Source: Pristiophorus japonicus
Lineage: Eukaryota
Direction of reading: 5' to 3'
Assembly (NCBI RefSeq): GCF_044704955.1
Contig: NC_091990.1
Coordinates: 14,756,001-14,820,000 of the forward strand
Length of the DNA stretch: 64,000 nucleotides
Shown here: piece by piece, positions 1-11,205 of the stretch
Layout: every line of letters begins with the position of its first letter
Numbering within the stretch: position 1 is the stretch's first letter
Notes under the pieces: generated by a model
What the model was told of the DNA's origin: nothing
Seen by the model: the letters and a program-made list of their open reading frames with translations, nothing else
Database searches by the model: none
Position numbers and translations under genes: made by a program

Positions 1-288
1 TGTCATTAAGTGTGCAACACCCAAATACCACCGAGAATTACCACCAGAGATAAGTTCATCAATACCACCATTTTTACCACCCGCAAAAATACCACCCATT
101 TTACTTTGAGTGTTGCACGATCAAAAATACGAATGAAATACAGTTAGCTCTACCACCGGTCATATTTGATGAAAATAGCGACCTTGAGTGAAAGTGGTAT
201 TTCGATGGTAAAAAAAGCGCAATTTTTAAATAGCACCGAAATACCACCAGAAAACCAATGGTCGGGCTAAATTATGAAAATCCAGCCC
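1..288. mobile_element. Right end of a Harbinger-type DNA element/MITE (left part outside window)
   Basis: Ends in GAAAATCCAGCCC (reverse complement GGGCTGGATTTTC), similar to the TIRs of the Harbingers in this window; about 7 copies of TACCACC lie subterminally. Confidence 0.5.
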
Positions 289-399
289 AAAGACTTGAAA
301 GGCAAGCACAGAGCAAGATCCCACAAAAAAAGCAATGAGATTAATGGTTAGTTATTCTGCATTTGGTGATGGTATTGGGAGGACCAAATCCTTTGCCTT

Positions 400-1195
400 C
401 GGTCCCTGACATACATTCCATTCCCTAGCCACTGACTCCATCCCGCTTTCTGGCATCTTTCTGAAATTGAACCAGACTGTTCGCAACCTTGGTGTCATAT
501 TTGACCTGGAGATGAACTTCCAACCACATATCTGCGCCATCACCAAGCCCGCCTATTTTCATCTCCAGAATATCGCTCAACTCCGCCCCTAATCTGCTGC
601 TGAAACCTTGCTTTTGTGACCTCTAGACTTGACTATTCCAATGCACTTCTGGCCGGCCTCCCATGTTCTACTCTCTGTAAACTTGAGGTCATCCAAAATG
701 CAGCTGCCCATGTCCTAATTCACACCAAGCCCTGCTCACCCATCACCCCTGTGCTCACCGACCTATATTGGCTTCCAGTTAAGCAATGCATCGATTTCAA
801 AATTCTCATCCTTATTTTCAAATCCCTCCATGGCCTTGCCCCTCCCTATCTCTGCAATCTCCTGCAGCCCCACAACCCCCTGAGATGTCTGTGCTCCTCT
901 AATTCTGCCTTCCTGAGCATCCCTGATTATAATCGCTCAACCATTAGTGGCTGTGTCTTCTGTTGCCTCGACTCCAAGCTCTGGGACTCCCTGCCTAAAC
1001 CTCTTTGCCTCTTTTTCCTCCTTCAAGATGTTACTTAAAACATACCTCTTTGACCAAGCTTTTGGTCACCTGTGCTAATTTCTACTTATGAGACTCGGTG
1101 TCAAATTTTTATCGCCTAATACACCTGTGAAGCGCCTTGGGACGTTTCACTACGTTAAAGATGCTATATAAATACAAGTTGTTGTTGTTCTTGTT
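400..1195 (+). mobile_element. L2 LINE 3' fragment (ORF2 C-terminus and 3' tail)
   Basis: ORF 616-1038 SRLDYSNALLAGLP...KLEVIQNAAAHVL...ITPVLTDLYWLPVKQCIDFKIL is typical L2 ORF2 C-terminus; ends with gctatataaatacaagttgttgttg tail. Boundaries ~. Confidence 0.85.
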
Positions 1196-1479
1196 GTTCA
1201 CCCATCAACCCTGTGCTCGCTTACCTACATTAGCTCCCGGTTAAGCAACGCTTCCATTTTAAAATTCTCATCCTTGTTTTCAAATCTCTCCATGGCCTCA
1301 ACCTTGAACATTTTTTTTGATGAGGTAACATGGTTTGTGAGGGCAGTATAGTTGATGTGGTATACATGGATTTCCAAAAGGCATTTGATAAAGTGCCATA
1401 TAATAGGCTTGCCAGCAAAGTTGAAGCTCCTTCTGTGCTGTAACCATTCTATGATTCTATGATTAAAATCGGGGATGTT

Positions 1480-2460
1480 GGAGTCATACCTAGCACAAAG
1501 GAAGATGGTTGCGATTGTTGGAGGCTAATCATCTGCAGGAATTCCTCAGGACAGCATCCTATGTCCAACTACCTTCAGCTGCTTCAACAATGACCTTCCC
1601 TCTATCATAAGGTCGGAAGTGGGGATATTAGCCACTGATTGCACAGTGTTCAGCTCCATTCCCTAATGAAGCATGTCACATGCAGCAAAACCTGGGCATC
1701 AAGGCTTGAGCTGATAAGTGTCAAGTAACAAATGCAATGCATAAATGCCAGCCAATAATCGTCTCCAATAAGAGAGTCGAATCAACGGCCGTTGACATGC
1801 AATGGCATTACATCGCCAAATCCCCCACCATTCATATCCTGGAACTCAAATTGGACCAACGACAATAATGTCGTGTCTACTACAGCAGATCAGAGAATGG
1901 GTATTCTGTGGTGAGTTGCTCACCTTCTGACTTCCCAAAGTCTCTGACCAGATACAAAGCTCGTCAGACATGTGACAGAATACTCTCCACTTGCCTGGAT
2001 GGGTGCAGCTGCAGAAACACTCAAGAAGCTCAACACCATCCAAGACAAAACAATCTGCATGATCAACACCACATCCACCAACTTAAACATCCACCATCTC
2101 CACCACTGGCGTATAGTGGCAGCAATATACACAATCTACAGGATGCACTGCAGCAATTCATCAAGGCATCTTTGGCAGGACTCACAAATCTGTGACCTCT
2201 GCCACCGAGAAGTAAAAGGGCAGATGGAGCATGGAAACACCACCGCCTCCACATTCCTCATCAAGTCACACACCATTTGGAAATTTATGGCAGTTCCTTC
2301 ATCATCACTGAGTCAAATATCCTAGAACTTCCTACCTGACAGCACTGTGGGAGCACCTTCACCTCAAGGACTGCATCGGTTCAAGAAGAAGGACCACTAC
2401 CACCTTCTCAAGGGCAACTAGTGATGGGCAATAAATGCTGGCCTTTCTAGTGATGCTGTT
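1480..2460 (+). mobile_element. Degenerate CR1-group LINE (L2/Crack/Daphne-like) RT C-terminal fragment
   Basis: Translates to EYSPLAWMGAAAETLKKLNTIQDK; the same family recurs at ~5880-7600, 28440-28990 and 35600-36730. Clade assignment is tentative. Confidence 0.7.
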
Positions 2461-3037
2461 AGTGCAATAATATCTTTTTTAAAAGGGGTGTTGATTTTTT
2501 GATGCATCAAAGCATAATATTCATTTAATTAGTTTATCAGTTTTCTCTATTTCTCTCCTGAAGGCACTGACTTATGCTGAGGTACAGTTTGACTTCTCCA
2601 AGAGGCAGAGATCAATAAGGATCTCAAATCTTTCTTTACTATTTATTATCAGTGTACTTATTATTCAAACCACGTTACCATAATAGATTTCAACAGTGCG
2701 GTGACTGAGACAACGAGGCATTCGTAAGGGATGCTGGTATATGTGTGTTGAATGTTGGTGACATTTATTGAAGTAAAGCATATCGATTGGCAGACAGCCA
2801 AGCAATTTTTGCATTATTGTGATTGAAGATGACTCATGTAAAGAGCAATGTAACTGGCAATATCCAAGGCTTATATTATATTTTTAAATGTTTTTAATTT
2901 CTATCCATTATTAATATTTACAGATGTATTATCTGATGTTTATTGAGCTGTGTGTTGTTTGTGCTGTGACTGCCACCTGTAGATGGAATTAAGTAGTTCA
3001 TGTGAGATAACTACATAACAACTTTTAAAATCATATT

Positions 3038-4337
3038 GGGGCGTAATTTTTTCCTTCACCGCCTGGGCAATAATCTGGCAGGGTGGATCACCTCCCATTG
3101 TAGAGCCCGGCCGTTGTACAGCCTGCCCATTGTAGAACCCGCCTGTTGTGGAACCCACCAGTTGCAGAGCCCGCCCATTGCAGAGACCCCCTGTTGTAGA
3201 GCCCCCCTGCTATAGAGCCCACCCGTTGTAGAGCCCCCCTGCTATAGAGCCCACCCATTGTAGAGCCCCCCGTTATAGAGTCCACCCATTGCAGAGCCCC
3301 CCTGTTGTAGAGCCCCCCTGTTGTAGAGCACCCCTGCTATAGAGCCCACCCATTGTAGAGCCTCCCCCGTTATAGAGTCCACCCATTGCAGAGCCCCCCT
3401 GTTGTAGAGCCCCCCTGCTATAGAGTCCACCCGTTGTAGAGCTTCCCGTTATAGAGTCCACCCATTGCAGAGCCCCCCTGTTGTAGAGCCTACCCATTGC
3501 AGAGCCCCATTGTTGCAGAGCCCCCCCTGTTGTAGAGCCCCCCTGCTATAGACCCCACCCGTTGTAGAGCCCCTCGTTATAGAGTCCACCCATTGCAGAG
3601 CCCCCCTGTTGTAGAGTCCCCGTTATAGAGTCCACCCGTTGCAGAGCCCCCCTGTTGTAGAGTAGAGCCCCCCTGTTGTAGAGCCCGCCTGTTATAAAGC
3701 CCACCCGTTGCAGAGACCCCCTGTTGTAGAGACCCCCTGTTGTGGAGCCCGCCTGTTGTAGAGCCCCCCTGTTATAGAGCCCACCTGTTGCAGAGACCCT
3801 CTGTTGCCGAGCCCCCCTGTTGTAGAGCCCCCCTGTTGTAGAGCCCGCCTGTTGTAGAGCCCCCCTGTTGTAGAACCCGCCTGTTGTAGAGCCCGCCTGT
3901 TGTAGAGCCCTCCTGTTGTAGAGCCCGCCTGTTGTAGAGCCCCCCTGTTGTAGAGCCCGCCTGTTGTCGAGCCCACCTGTTGTAGAGCCCGCCTGTTGTA
4001 GAGCCCCCCTGTTGTAGAGCTCGCCTGTTGTAGAGCCCGCCTGTTGTAGAGCCCGCCTGTTGTAGAGCTCCCCTGTTGTAGAGACCCCCTGTTGTAGAGC
4101 TCACCTGTTGCAGAGCCCCCCCGTTGTAGAGCCCGCCTGTTATAAAGCCCACCCGTTGCAGAGACCCCCTGTTGTAGAGACCCCCTGTTATGGAGCCCAC
4201 CTGTTGCAGAGCCCGCCCCCTTTGTAGAGCCTTCCCCTTTTGGACCACCCACCCGTTGTGGAGCCCACCCATTGTTCAATCCCTGTTGATCCATTATGTC
4301 AGATTATCGTCAGCAGGTGAATCTGAAAATTACCCCC
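3038..4337. mobile_element. Harbinger-type MITE with ~50-bp imperfect TIRs, interior filled by a minisatellite
   Basis: Left GGGGCGTAATTTT...ATAATCTGGCAGGGTGGATCA mirrors right TGATCCATTATGTCAGATTAT...AAAATTACCCCC; 3-bp ATT on both flanks (3035-3037, 4338-4340). Confidence 0.75.
3090..4275. repeat. Minisatellite, ~17-18 bp unit (CCCCCTGTTGTAGAGCC-like)
   Basis: Dozens of tandem, slightly variable units seen directly; explains the repetitive TTGGLYNRRALQQ ORFs. Confidence 0.95.
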
Positions 4338-4340
4338 ATT

Positions 4341-4960
4341 AAGGCCTTGGAGAGAGCTGCTGCGGAGGTTTACCACAATGATACCAGGGATGAGGGACTT
4401 CAATTACACGGAGAGAATGGAGAAGCTGGGATTGTTCTCCTCAGAGCAGCTAAGGTTAAGGGGAGATTTAACTGATGTGTTCAAAATTATGAAGGGTTTT
4501 GATAGAGTTCCTGCATTACAACATTGACTATACTTCAAAAAGTACTTCATTGGCTGTAAAGCGCTTTGGGACATCTGGTGGTCATGAAAGGTGCTATATA
4601 AATGCAAGTCTTTCTTTTTTTCTTTTTAAATAAGGAAAAACTGTTTCCACTGGTGGGAGGGTCGGTAACCAGAGGACACAGATTTAAGATAATTTGCAAA
4701 AGAACCAGCGGGGAACTGAGGAGAAATTTTCCACGTAGCAACTTGTTATCATCTGGAATGCATTGCCTGGAAAGGATGGTGGAAGCAGATTCAAAAGTAA
4801 ATTTCAAAAGCGAATTGGATATATACTTGAAAAGAAAAAATTGCAGAACTATGGGGAAGAGCAGGTGAGTGGGACTAATTCGATAGCTCTTTCAAAGAGC
4901 CAGCACAGGCACAATGGGTAGAAAGGCCTCCTCTGTGTTGTAAGAGTCTATAATTCTATG
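4341..4960 (+). mobile_element. CR1 LINE 3' fragment interrupted by a SINE tail (~4510-4615)
   Basis: CR1 ORF2 C-terminal motifs (LEKLGLFS, RGHRFKI) and attctatg tail. Confidence 0.8.
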
Positions 4961-5473
4961 ATCATGTCTTTCAGGATGTCCCAAAGCAGATCCAATGATT
5001 TACCTTTGAAGTTTAGTCACAGTTGTTATACAGGCAAATGCGATAGGTCCCACAAACAACAATGAGCCGACTGGCTACTCAAACATGCTAGTTATCCAGA
5101 TAGTTAAATTTTTAAGCAAATCTTATGATGTTTTTTCATTTTTTGCGCCCTCTGTGATGAGGGATCTTAGCACTGCAAAATAGTGAAAAGCTGAAGCACT
5201 AGTAAAGATCCATGTGCTCATTTACTCATTCGTATATTCTCGTAACTTCCCCTCAACTGACATTAAATAGGTCTACAATTTCCTAGTTGATTGTTGCACG
5301 GTTCAGTGCTGCATTAGCCGATACTTTTACCCACGAGGACACTTGGAGAGTTTTCCACTTTACTGTACTAAATAAGTGGCATGTTTTTTAGAAGAATACC
5401 TGCCTTTTAAAAGGTGGCTGATGAGGAGTTAATGCAGTCGGAGCTTTCTTCACCAAAGAGCCATTTACTAATA

Positions 5474-5630
5474 TAAAAGCAAAATACTGCAGACGATGGA
5501 AATCTGAAACAAAAACAGAAAATGCTAGAAACACTCAGTGGGTCCTGTAACATCTGTGGAGAGAGAAACAAAGTTAACATTCCAGGTGGATGACCTTTCA
5601 TCAGAACTGGAAAAAGTTAGAGATGTAAGC
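5474..5630. mobile_element. Penelope-derived short element with decayed hammerhead motif
   Basis: Same aaagcaaaatactgcag...gctggaaat...gcatctgtggagag family as 25120-25820 and 52320-52600; minus strand carries AGTT-CTGATGA-AAGGTC... Confidence 0.55.
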
Positions 5631-6216
5631 AATGTTCCCATTTAGCTGCACTGCCACGCGGCTGCGTAGTTATCTGAAGGTCCCGCGCAGGCCGCTTAGA
5701 ATCATAGAAATTTGCAGCACAGAAGGAGACCATTCACTTTATTTATATCATACCTTCCTGGTTTATATTTTGCCTTTCAGCCAATGTCCCAGACTACTTC
5801 ATCACCATCGCTGGGTATGTCCTGTCCCACCAGCAGGATAGACCCACCAGACGTGGGGGCACAGTGGTATACAGTCGGGAGGGAGTGGCCCTGGGAGTCC
5901 TCAACATTGACACCAGACCCATGAAATCTCATGGCATCAGGTCATCATGAGCAAGAAAACCTCCTGCTGATTACTACATTACCGTCCTTCCTCAGCTGAT
6001 GAATCAGTACTCCTCCATGTTGAACACCACTTGGAAGAAGCATCAAAGATAGTAAGGCACCAGAATGTGGGTGACTTCAATGTCCATCACCAAGAGTGGC
6101 TTGGTAGCACCACTACTGACTGAGCTGGCCGACTCCTGAAAGACATAGCTGCCATTCTAGTTTGGGCTGATCATTCGAGTATCATTCGCGCCACACAAGT
6201 GCTCGGCAATGACTGT

Positions 6217-6681
6217 AAAGAAAGAAAGACTTATATTTATATAGAGTCTTTCACGAACACTGGATGTCTCAAAGTGCTTTACAGGCAATGAAGTACTTTT
6301 TGAAGTGTAATCACTGTTGTAATGTAGGAAACGTGGCAGCCAATTTGCACACAGCAAACTCCCAGAAACAGCAATGTGATATTGACCAAATAATTGGGTT
6401 TTGTTATGTTAATTGAGGGATAAATATTGTCCAGGACAAAAGGGATAACTTCCCTGCTCTTCTTTAAAACAGTGCCATGGGATCTTTTACGTCCACCTGA
6501 GAGGGCAGATGGGGCCTCAGTTTAATGGCTCATCCAAAAGACGGCACCTCCAACAGTACTGCACTGGAGTGTTAGCCTTGATTTTTGTGCTCAAGTCTCT
6601 GGAGTGGGACTTGAACCCACAACCTTCTGACTCAGAGGTGAGAGTGCTACCCACTGAGCCACAGCTGAAGGAATGGGGAGC
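6217..6681 (-). mobile_element. tRNA-derived DeuSINE (SacSINE1-like), near full length
   Basis: Minus strand: A box TGGCTCAGTGGG, B box GGTTCAAGTCCC, Deu-domain-like core (GGTGGACGTAAAAGATCCCATGGCAC...TATTTATCCCTCAA), L2-like tail with (TTTC)n. Confidence 0.85.
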
Positions 6682-7247
6682 TATTTCCAACAAGAAAGAT
6701 TCTAACCACCGCCACTTGACATTCAACAGCATTACCATCGCCAAAGCCACCACCATTAACATCCTGGGAGTCACCTTTGATCAGAAACTTAACTGGACCA
6801 GCGACCTGGATACCGTGGCGACAAGATCAGGTCAGAGGCTGGGTATGCTACGGTAAGTTTCTCACCTCCTGACTCCCCAAAGCTTTTCCACCATCTACAA
6901 GTCACAAGTCGGAGTGTGATGGAATACTCTCCACTTGCCTGGATGAATGCCACTCCAACAATACTCAAGAAGCTCGATACCATTCAGGACAAAGCAGCCC
7001 GCTTGATTAGCACCCCATCCACTACCTAAACATTCAGCACCATTGTACCATGGCTGCAAGATGCACTGCAGCATCTTGTCAAGGCTTCTGTGATAGCACA
7101 GGCCAAACCCGTAACATCTACCACCTAGGACAAGGGCAGTAAGCCCATGGGAACACCATCACCAGTTTCCCTCCGAGTCACACATCATCCTGACTTGGAA
7201 ATATATCCTAGAACGCCATCTCTAATAGCACTGTGGGCGTACCTTCA

Positions 7248-7475
7248 AACAACAACAACTTGTATTTATATAGCGCATTTAACGTAGTAGCACTTTCCAA
7301 GGCGCTTCACAGGAATATTAGAAGACAAAAAATTTGACACCGAGCAACATAAGGAGAAATTAGGGCAGGTGACCAAAGGCTTGGTCAAAGAGGTAGGTTT
7401 TAAGGAGTGTCTTAAAGAAGGAAAGAGAGGTGAAGAGGTTTAGGCAGGGAATTCCAGAGCTTAGGGTCTAGGCAA
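7248..7475 (-). mobile_element. L2 3' tail fragment
   Basis: Reverse complement matches the L2 3' end at 960-1190, including the (GTT)n tail. Confidence 0.8.
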
Positions 7476-7611
7476 CACCTCACGGACACCTCATGGACTG
7501 CAGCGGTTAAAGAAGGCGGCTTACCATCACCTTCTAAAGGGCAATTAGGGAAGGGCAATAAATGCTGGCCTTGCCAGTGATGCTCGCATCCCATGAATGA
7601 ATTTTTTTTTA

Positions 7612-8406
7612 AATGACTTAGATGAAGGAATAAGGAGTCATATATCCAAGTTTGCTGACAACACCAAGTTAGGTGGCACAGTAATAGTGCAGATGGGAGC
7701 AAAAAGTTGCAAAGGGACATTGATAAACTAAGTCAGTGGGAAAACCGGTGTTCAAAAATAATTAAAAAGCTAATGAAAGGTTGGCCTTTGTCTCAAGGGG
7801 GCTGGATTACAGAGGGGTGGAAGTTATTTGGAATTATATAAAACTCTGGTTCGATCCGATCTGAAGTAGTGCATTCAGTTCTGGGCACTGCCAGAAAGGC
7901 GATATTGGCCTTGAAGGATGTTCAGTGCAGATTCATGAAAATAATACTGGGGCTGCAAGGGTTAAATAATGAGAACAGGTTGCATAGACTAGGCTTGAAT
8001 TCTCTTGAGTATAGAAGATTAAGGGGTGATCTAATTGAGGTGTTTAAGATGATTAAAGGATGTGATAGGGTAGATTGAGAGAAACTGTTTCTTCTGGTGG
8101 GGGAATCCAGAACAAGGAAGCATAAACTTAAATTAGATCTAGGCTATTCAGGACTGATGTCAGGAAGTACTTCTTCACACAATGGGTAGTGTAAATCTGG
8201 AACTCTCTCCCCTAAAAAGCTGTTGAGGCTGGAGATCAGTTGAAAATTTCAAAACTGAGATTGATAGATTCTTGTTAGGCAAGGGTGTTAAAGGTTATGG
8301 AACCAACATGGGTAGTTGGAGTTGAGATACAGATCAGCCATGATCTAATTAAATGGCAGAACAGGTTCGAGGGGCTGAATGTCCTACTCCAGTTCCTATG
8401 TTCCTA
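7612..8406 (+). mobile_element. CR1 LINE 3' fragment with internal deletions
   Basis: SKFADNTKLGG, RRLRGDLIEVFKMIKG; ends in cctatgttccta tail. Confidence 0.85.
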
Positions 8407-9699
8407 AACGAGAAGATTCCTTGTTGGACTCACATGATGAATGAACCAATCTCAGTTGGGACTGCAGTTTGAATTGGTGACTCTGGACGAGGGAGAAAAA
8501 GAAAATCTGCCAGGATTCCCAGCAACATAACCAGTTGAGACTTTCCTCATCAAACTTTCTATAGTTTCTTGACCCTCCTTTCCAAAAGTCGACAACCTCT
8601 TGATTGCAATTTTGTGGGCCTCAATTGTGCTGTGGATTTGCGGATCAATCACTACAATCACATGCCTCCTGCTCACTGTACAAATTGTACAATGGTTGTA
8701 GTGGTGATTGGAAGAAAAGGAGCTCGAAGATTGCAGTGGATGAGAAGAGAGCGGCGGTGGGGGGGCGGGGGGCGGGGGCGGGAGGGGGAGCAAAAAGTTT
8801 CAAAATTGTGAATTTATGCATTGGAAGAAATACAATTTATTGACATTTCTTTAACAAATTCAAAAAGTGGTGGAATTTTCTTTTTTGGTTCCACTTTTTC
8901 TTCTAAATTTTATTGAGCTCAATCTAAAATAAATATTTGAAATCATCTACATCTTCTCATTTATTTTCGACTATATTAAATTGATGCAAATGACCAGCAT
9001 GTAGCATTTACATTTTTTCAATATCTAATATGTTTTGCCTAAATCAGGCTGCAGAAGTGTGATTCAGTTCCCGACTTCAGCCTCTCGAGCATCGCCCTTT
9101 TCCTTTGCCCACCATTGGCGGCTAAGCCTTCAGCCACTTAGGCCCCATTAAACCCCTCAGTCTCTGACTTTCCTCTTGTCCTTAAAGACCCACTGAAAAC
9201 ATTGCAAGACCCAGCCCCAGGCTGCGTGGGACCGGCAGAAACCGCACAGCTCATAAGGAATGTTGCTGCACAGAAGTGCGGGGGGCGGGTGGGTAGAGGA
9301 GCAGGAAGTTTCAAAATTGTGAATTTATGCATTGGAAAACACACAAATTAGTGACATTTCTTTCACAAATTCAAAAGAAAGTGGTGGAAGTGGGCAGATC
9401 CTGGTGTGGAACCTGGGACAGTGCGAGGGCATCTTGTGATGTGTCAGATGGCTTCAAATGCCATCCCAAGTTTGTTTCATTGGGGATTGTACAGGTTTCC
9501 TCATCCTGATTAGTATCCAATGAACCTTCCTGGAAGTGTAGATGTCGGAGCATTCGGTCAGCACATCAGCTGACAATGCTTTCACTGTCCAAGAAAGAAC
9601 TTGCATTTATACAGCGACTCGCACGACCTCACGACTTCTCTGCTCTTCTATAAATAGTGTCATGGGATCCTTTACGTCCATCTGGACATGGGTGGCCTG

Positions 9700-10730
9700 G
9701 TAGGCCTTCTTCTTGAAAGTGAGCATAACTGGGAGAATGAAGAGAGCCACGCAGAGCAGGACAAATTGGTAGAAGAGGGAGAGGGAGAAGGCTTCACGAG
9801 GTCTTGAGTGAAATCTGCTAATTGTTGCACCCACAACTGCAACCTCAAAGCAGGGCAAGGAGCGCATTGCCTGTGGCTGTCAAGGTGACTGTGGCTCCTA
9901 ACTTTCCAGGCTGTTGGAGATATAAGTAACATCTCGCAGTTTGCAGTACACTGCTGTATAAGGGAGGTCACTGAGGCTCTCTATATAAAGAGAGGCAGCT
10001 TCAACTCGTTCCCTCTTGACAGAGACAAGCAAGCAGAGTGAGCAAGAGGATTTGCACAGACTGCAGGCTTCCCCAAGGTGCAGGGTGCCAGTGACTGCAA
10101 GCAGATTGCCTTGAGTGCACCTTATGTAAACTCGCCCATTTTCATGCACTGAAAAGAGTTCCATTCCCTCAATGCGCAGCTGGTGCGCGACCACAGGCAG
10201 TGCATCATGATGGTGAATGCCCATTATCCTGGCAGTAGTCAGAGTTCCTTCATTCTGCAGCAGTCTTCTGTGCCACCTGTATTTGAAACACCATGGCAAG
10301 TCAAAACCTGTCTACTGGCCAATAAGGGTTATCCACTCAGGACATTGCTCATGACTCTGGTCTGGGACCCGCACACACATACACAGCAGGCATACAATGA
10401 GACCCATGTTGCCACAAGGAAAGTTATACTGCACGCCATTAGTGTCTTCAAGCAATGCTTCTGCTGCTTGGACTGTTCTGGAGGAGCCATGCAGTACTCA
10501 GCTGAGTGGGTATTAAAATTTGTGTCAGTTTTCTGCACAACCTGGCCATTATGAGGGAACAACCATGTCAGGCGAGAAGTTGAGGAGTAGGAGCACGAGG
10601 AAGAGCAGGAGGAGGAGGAACTGCAACTAGAAGTGAAGGAACAGGAAGATGAAGGGCGGCTACAACATAGACAGCCCCATTCTGCCCGGATTCTGTGTGA
10701 TGAAATCATTAATGAGAGATACCAATAAAC
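9700..10730 (+). pseudogene. Harbinger (HARBI1-like) DDE transposase pseudogene
   Basis: ALPVAVKVTVA, ISQFAVHCCIREVTEALY, VNAHYPGSSQSSFIL, LANKGYPL (catalytic D to N), FKQCFCCLDCSGG, acidic tail; frameshifted. Confidence 0.85.
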
Positions 10731-11205
10731 TCAACCACAGCTCCCCATTCACCAACACTCCTTATCAGCCATCACATCGTTCTCTTTTGACAACACAACA
10801 ATAAAAACCACTAGAAAATGCACATTGCAATCCAAATTTATAAATTCAATCATGACATAATGCATACAAAAATAAACTAATCACCCATGTGCATTCCGTA
10901 AGTGCCTGTCTTCTGCGTGCCTTTGCCTCTCCTAGTGCTCCTACAAGGTGCTTTCCCAGTGGCTGCAGCATGGGTGATGGAAGGCTGGCGATTTCCAATT
11001 GAGGAGACTGCATGTGGCCGTGGAGGGCGTCCTCAAGCAGCTCTGGCCCTGGAAGGCCTGGCTTCAGACTGCACCATTTCGTGCTGGGCTGCAGCTGGCT
11101 AACAAGCAACCGCTAGGGCACTATCGGAGTGGCAGGGGTGGGAGCACAAATGCTGTCCTCCTGAGAGAGGAAAGCAAATTTGTGCTTCAGGGAGCCACTG
11201 TCACT

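Larger units (their letters stand above)
5880..7600 (+). mobile_element. Fragmented CR1-group LINE (endonuclease piece ~5880-6155; RT C-terminal pieces ~6180-6216, 6682-7247, 7480-7600) split by a SINE and an L2 tail
   Basis: GDFNVHHQEWLGSTTTD endonuclease motif; ILGVTFDQKLNW and MEYSPLAWM RT-end motifs; sequence resumes across the inserts. Confidence 0.7.

Noticed and set aside
3090-4294. CRISPR-like array or repetitive protein ORFs (200 aa, 166 aa)
   Set aside because: Units abut with no unique spacers, there are no cas genes and the context is eukaryotic; the ORFs are minisatellite translations.
6600-6670. tRNA gene (also ~52975-53043)
   Set aside because: A/B boxes are SINE heads continuous with the SINE body; no complete cloverleaf or terminator.
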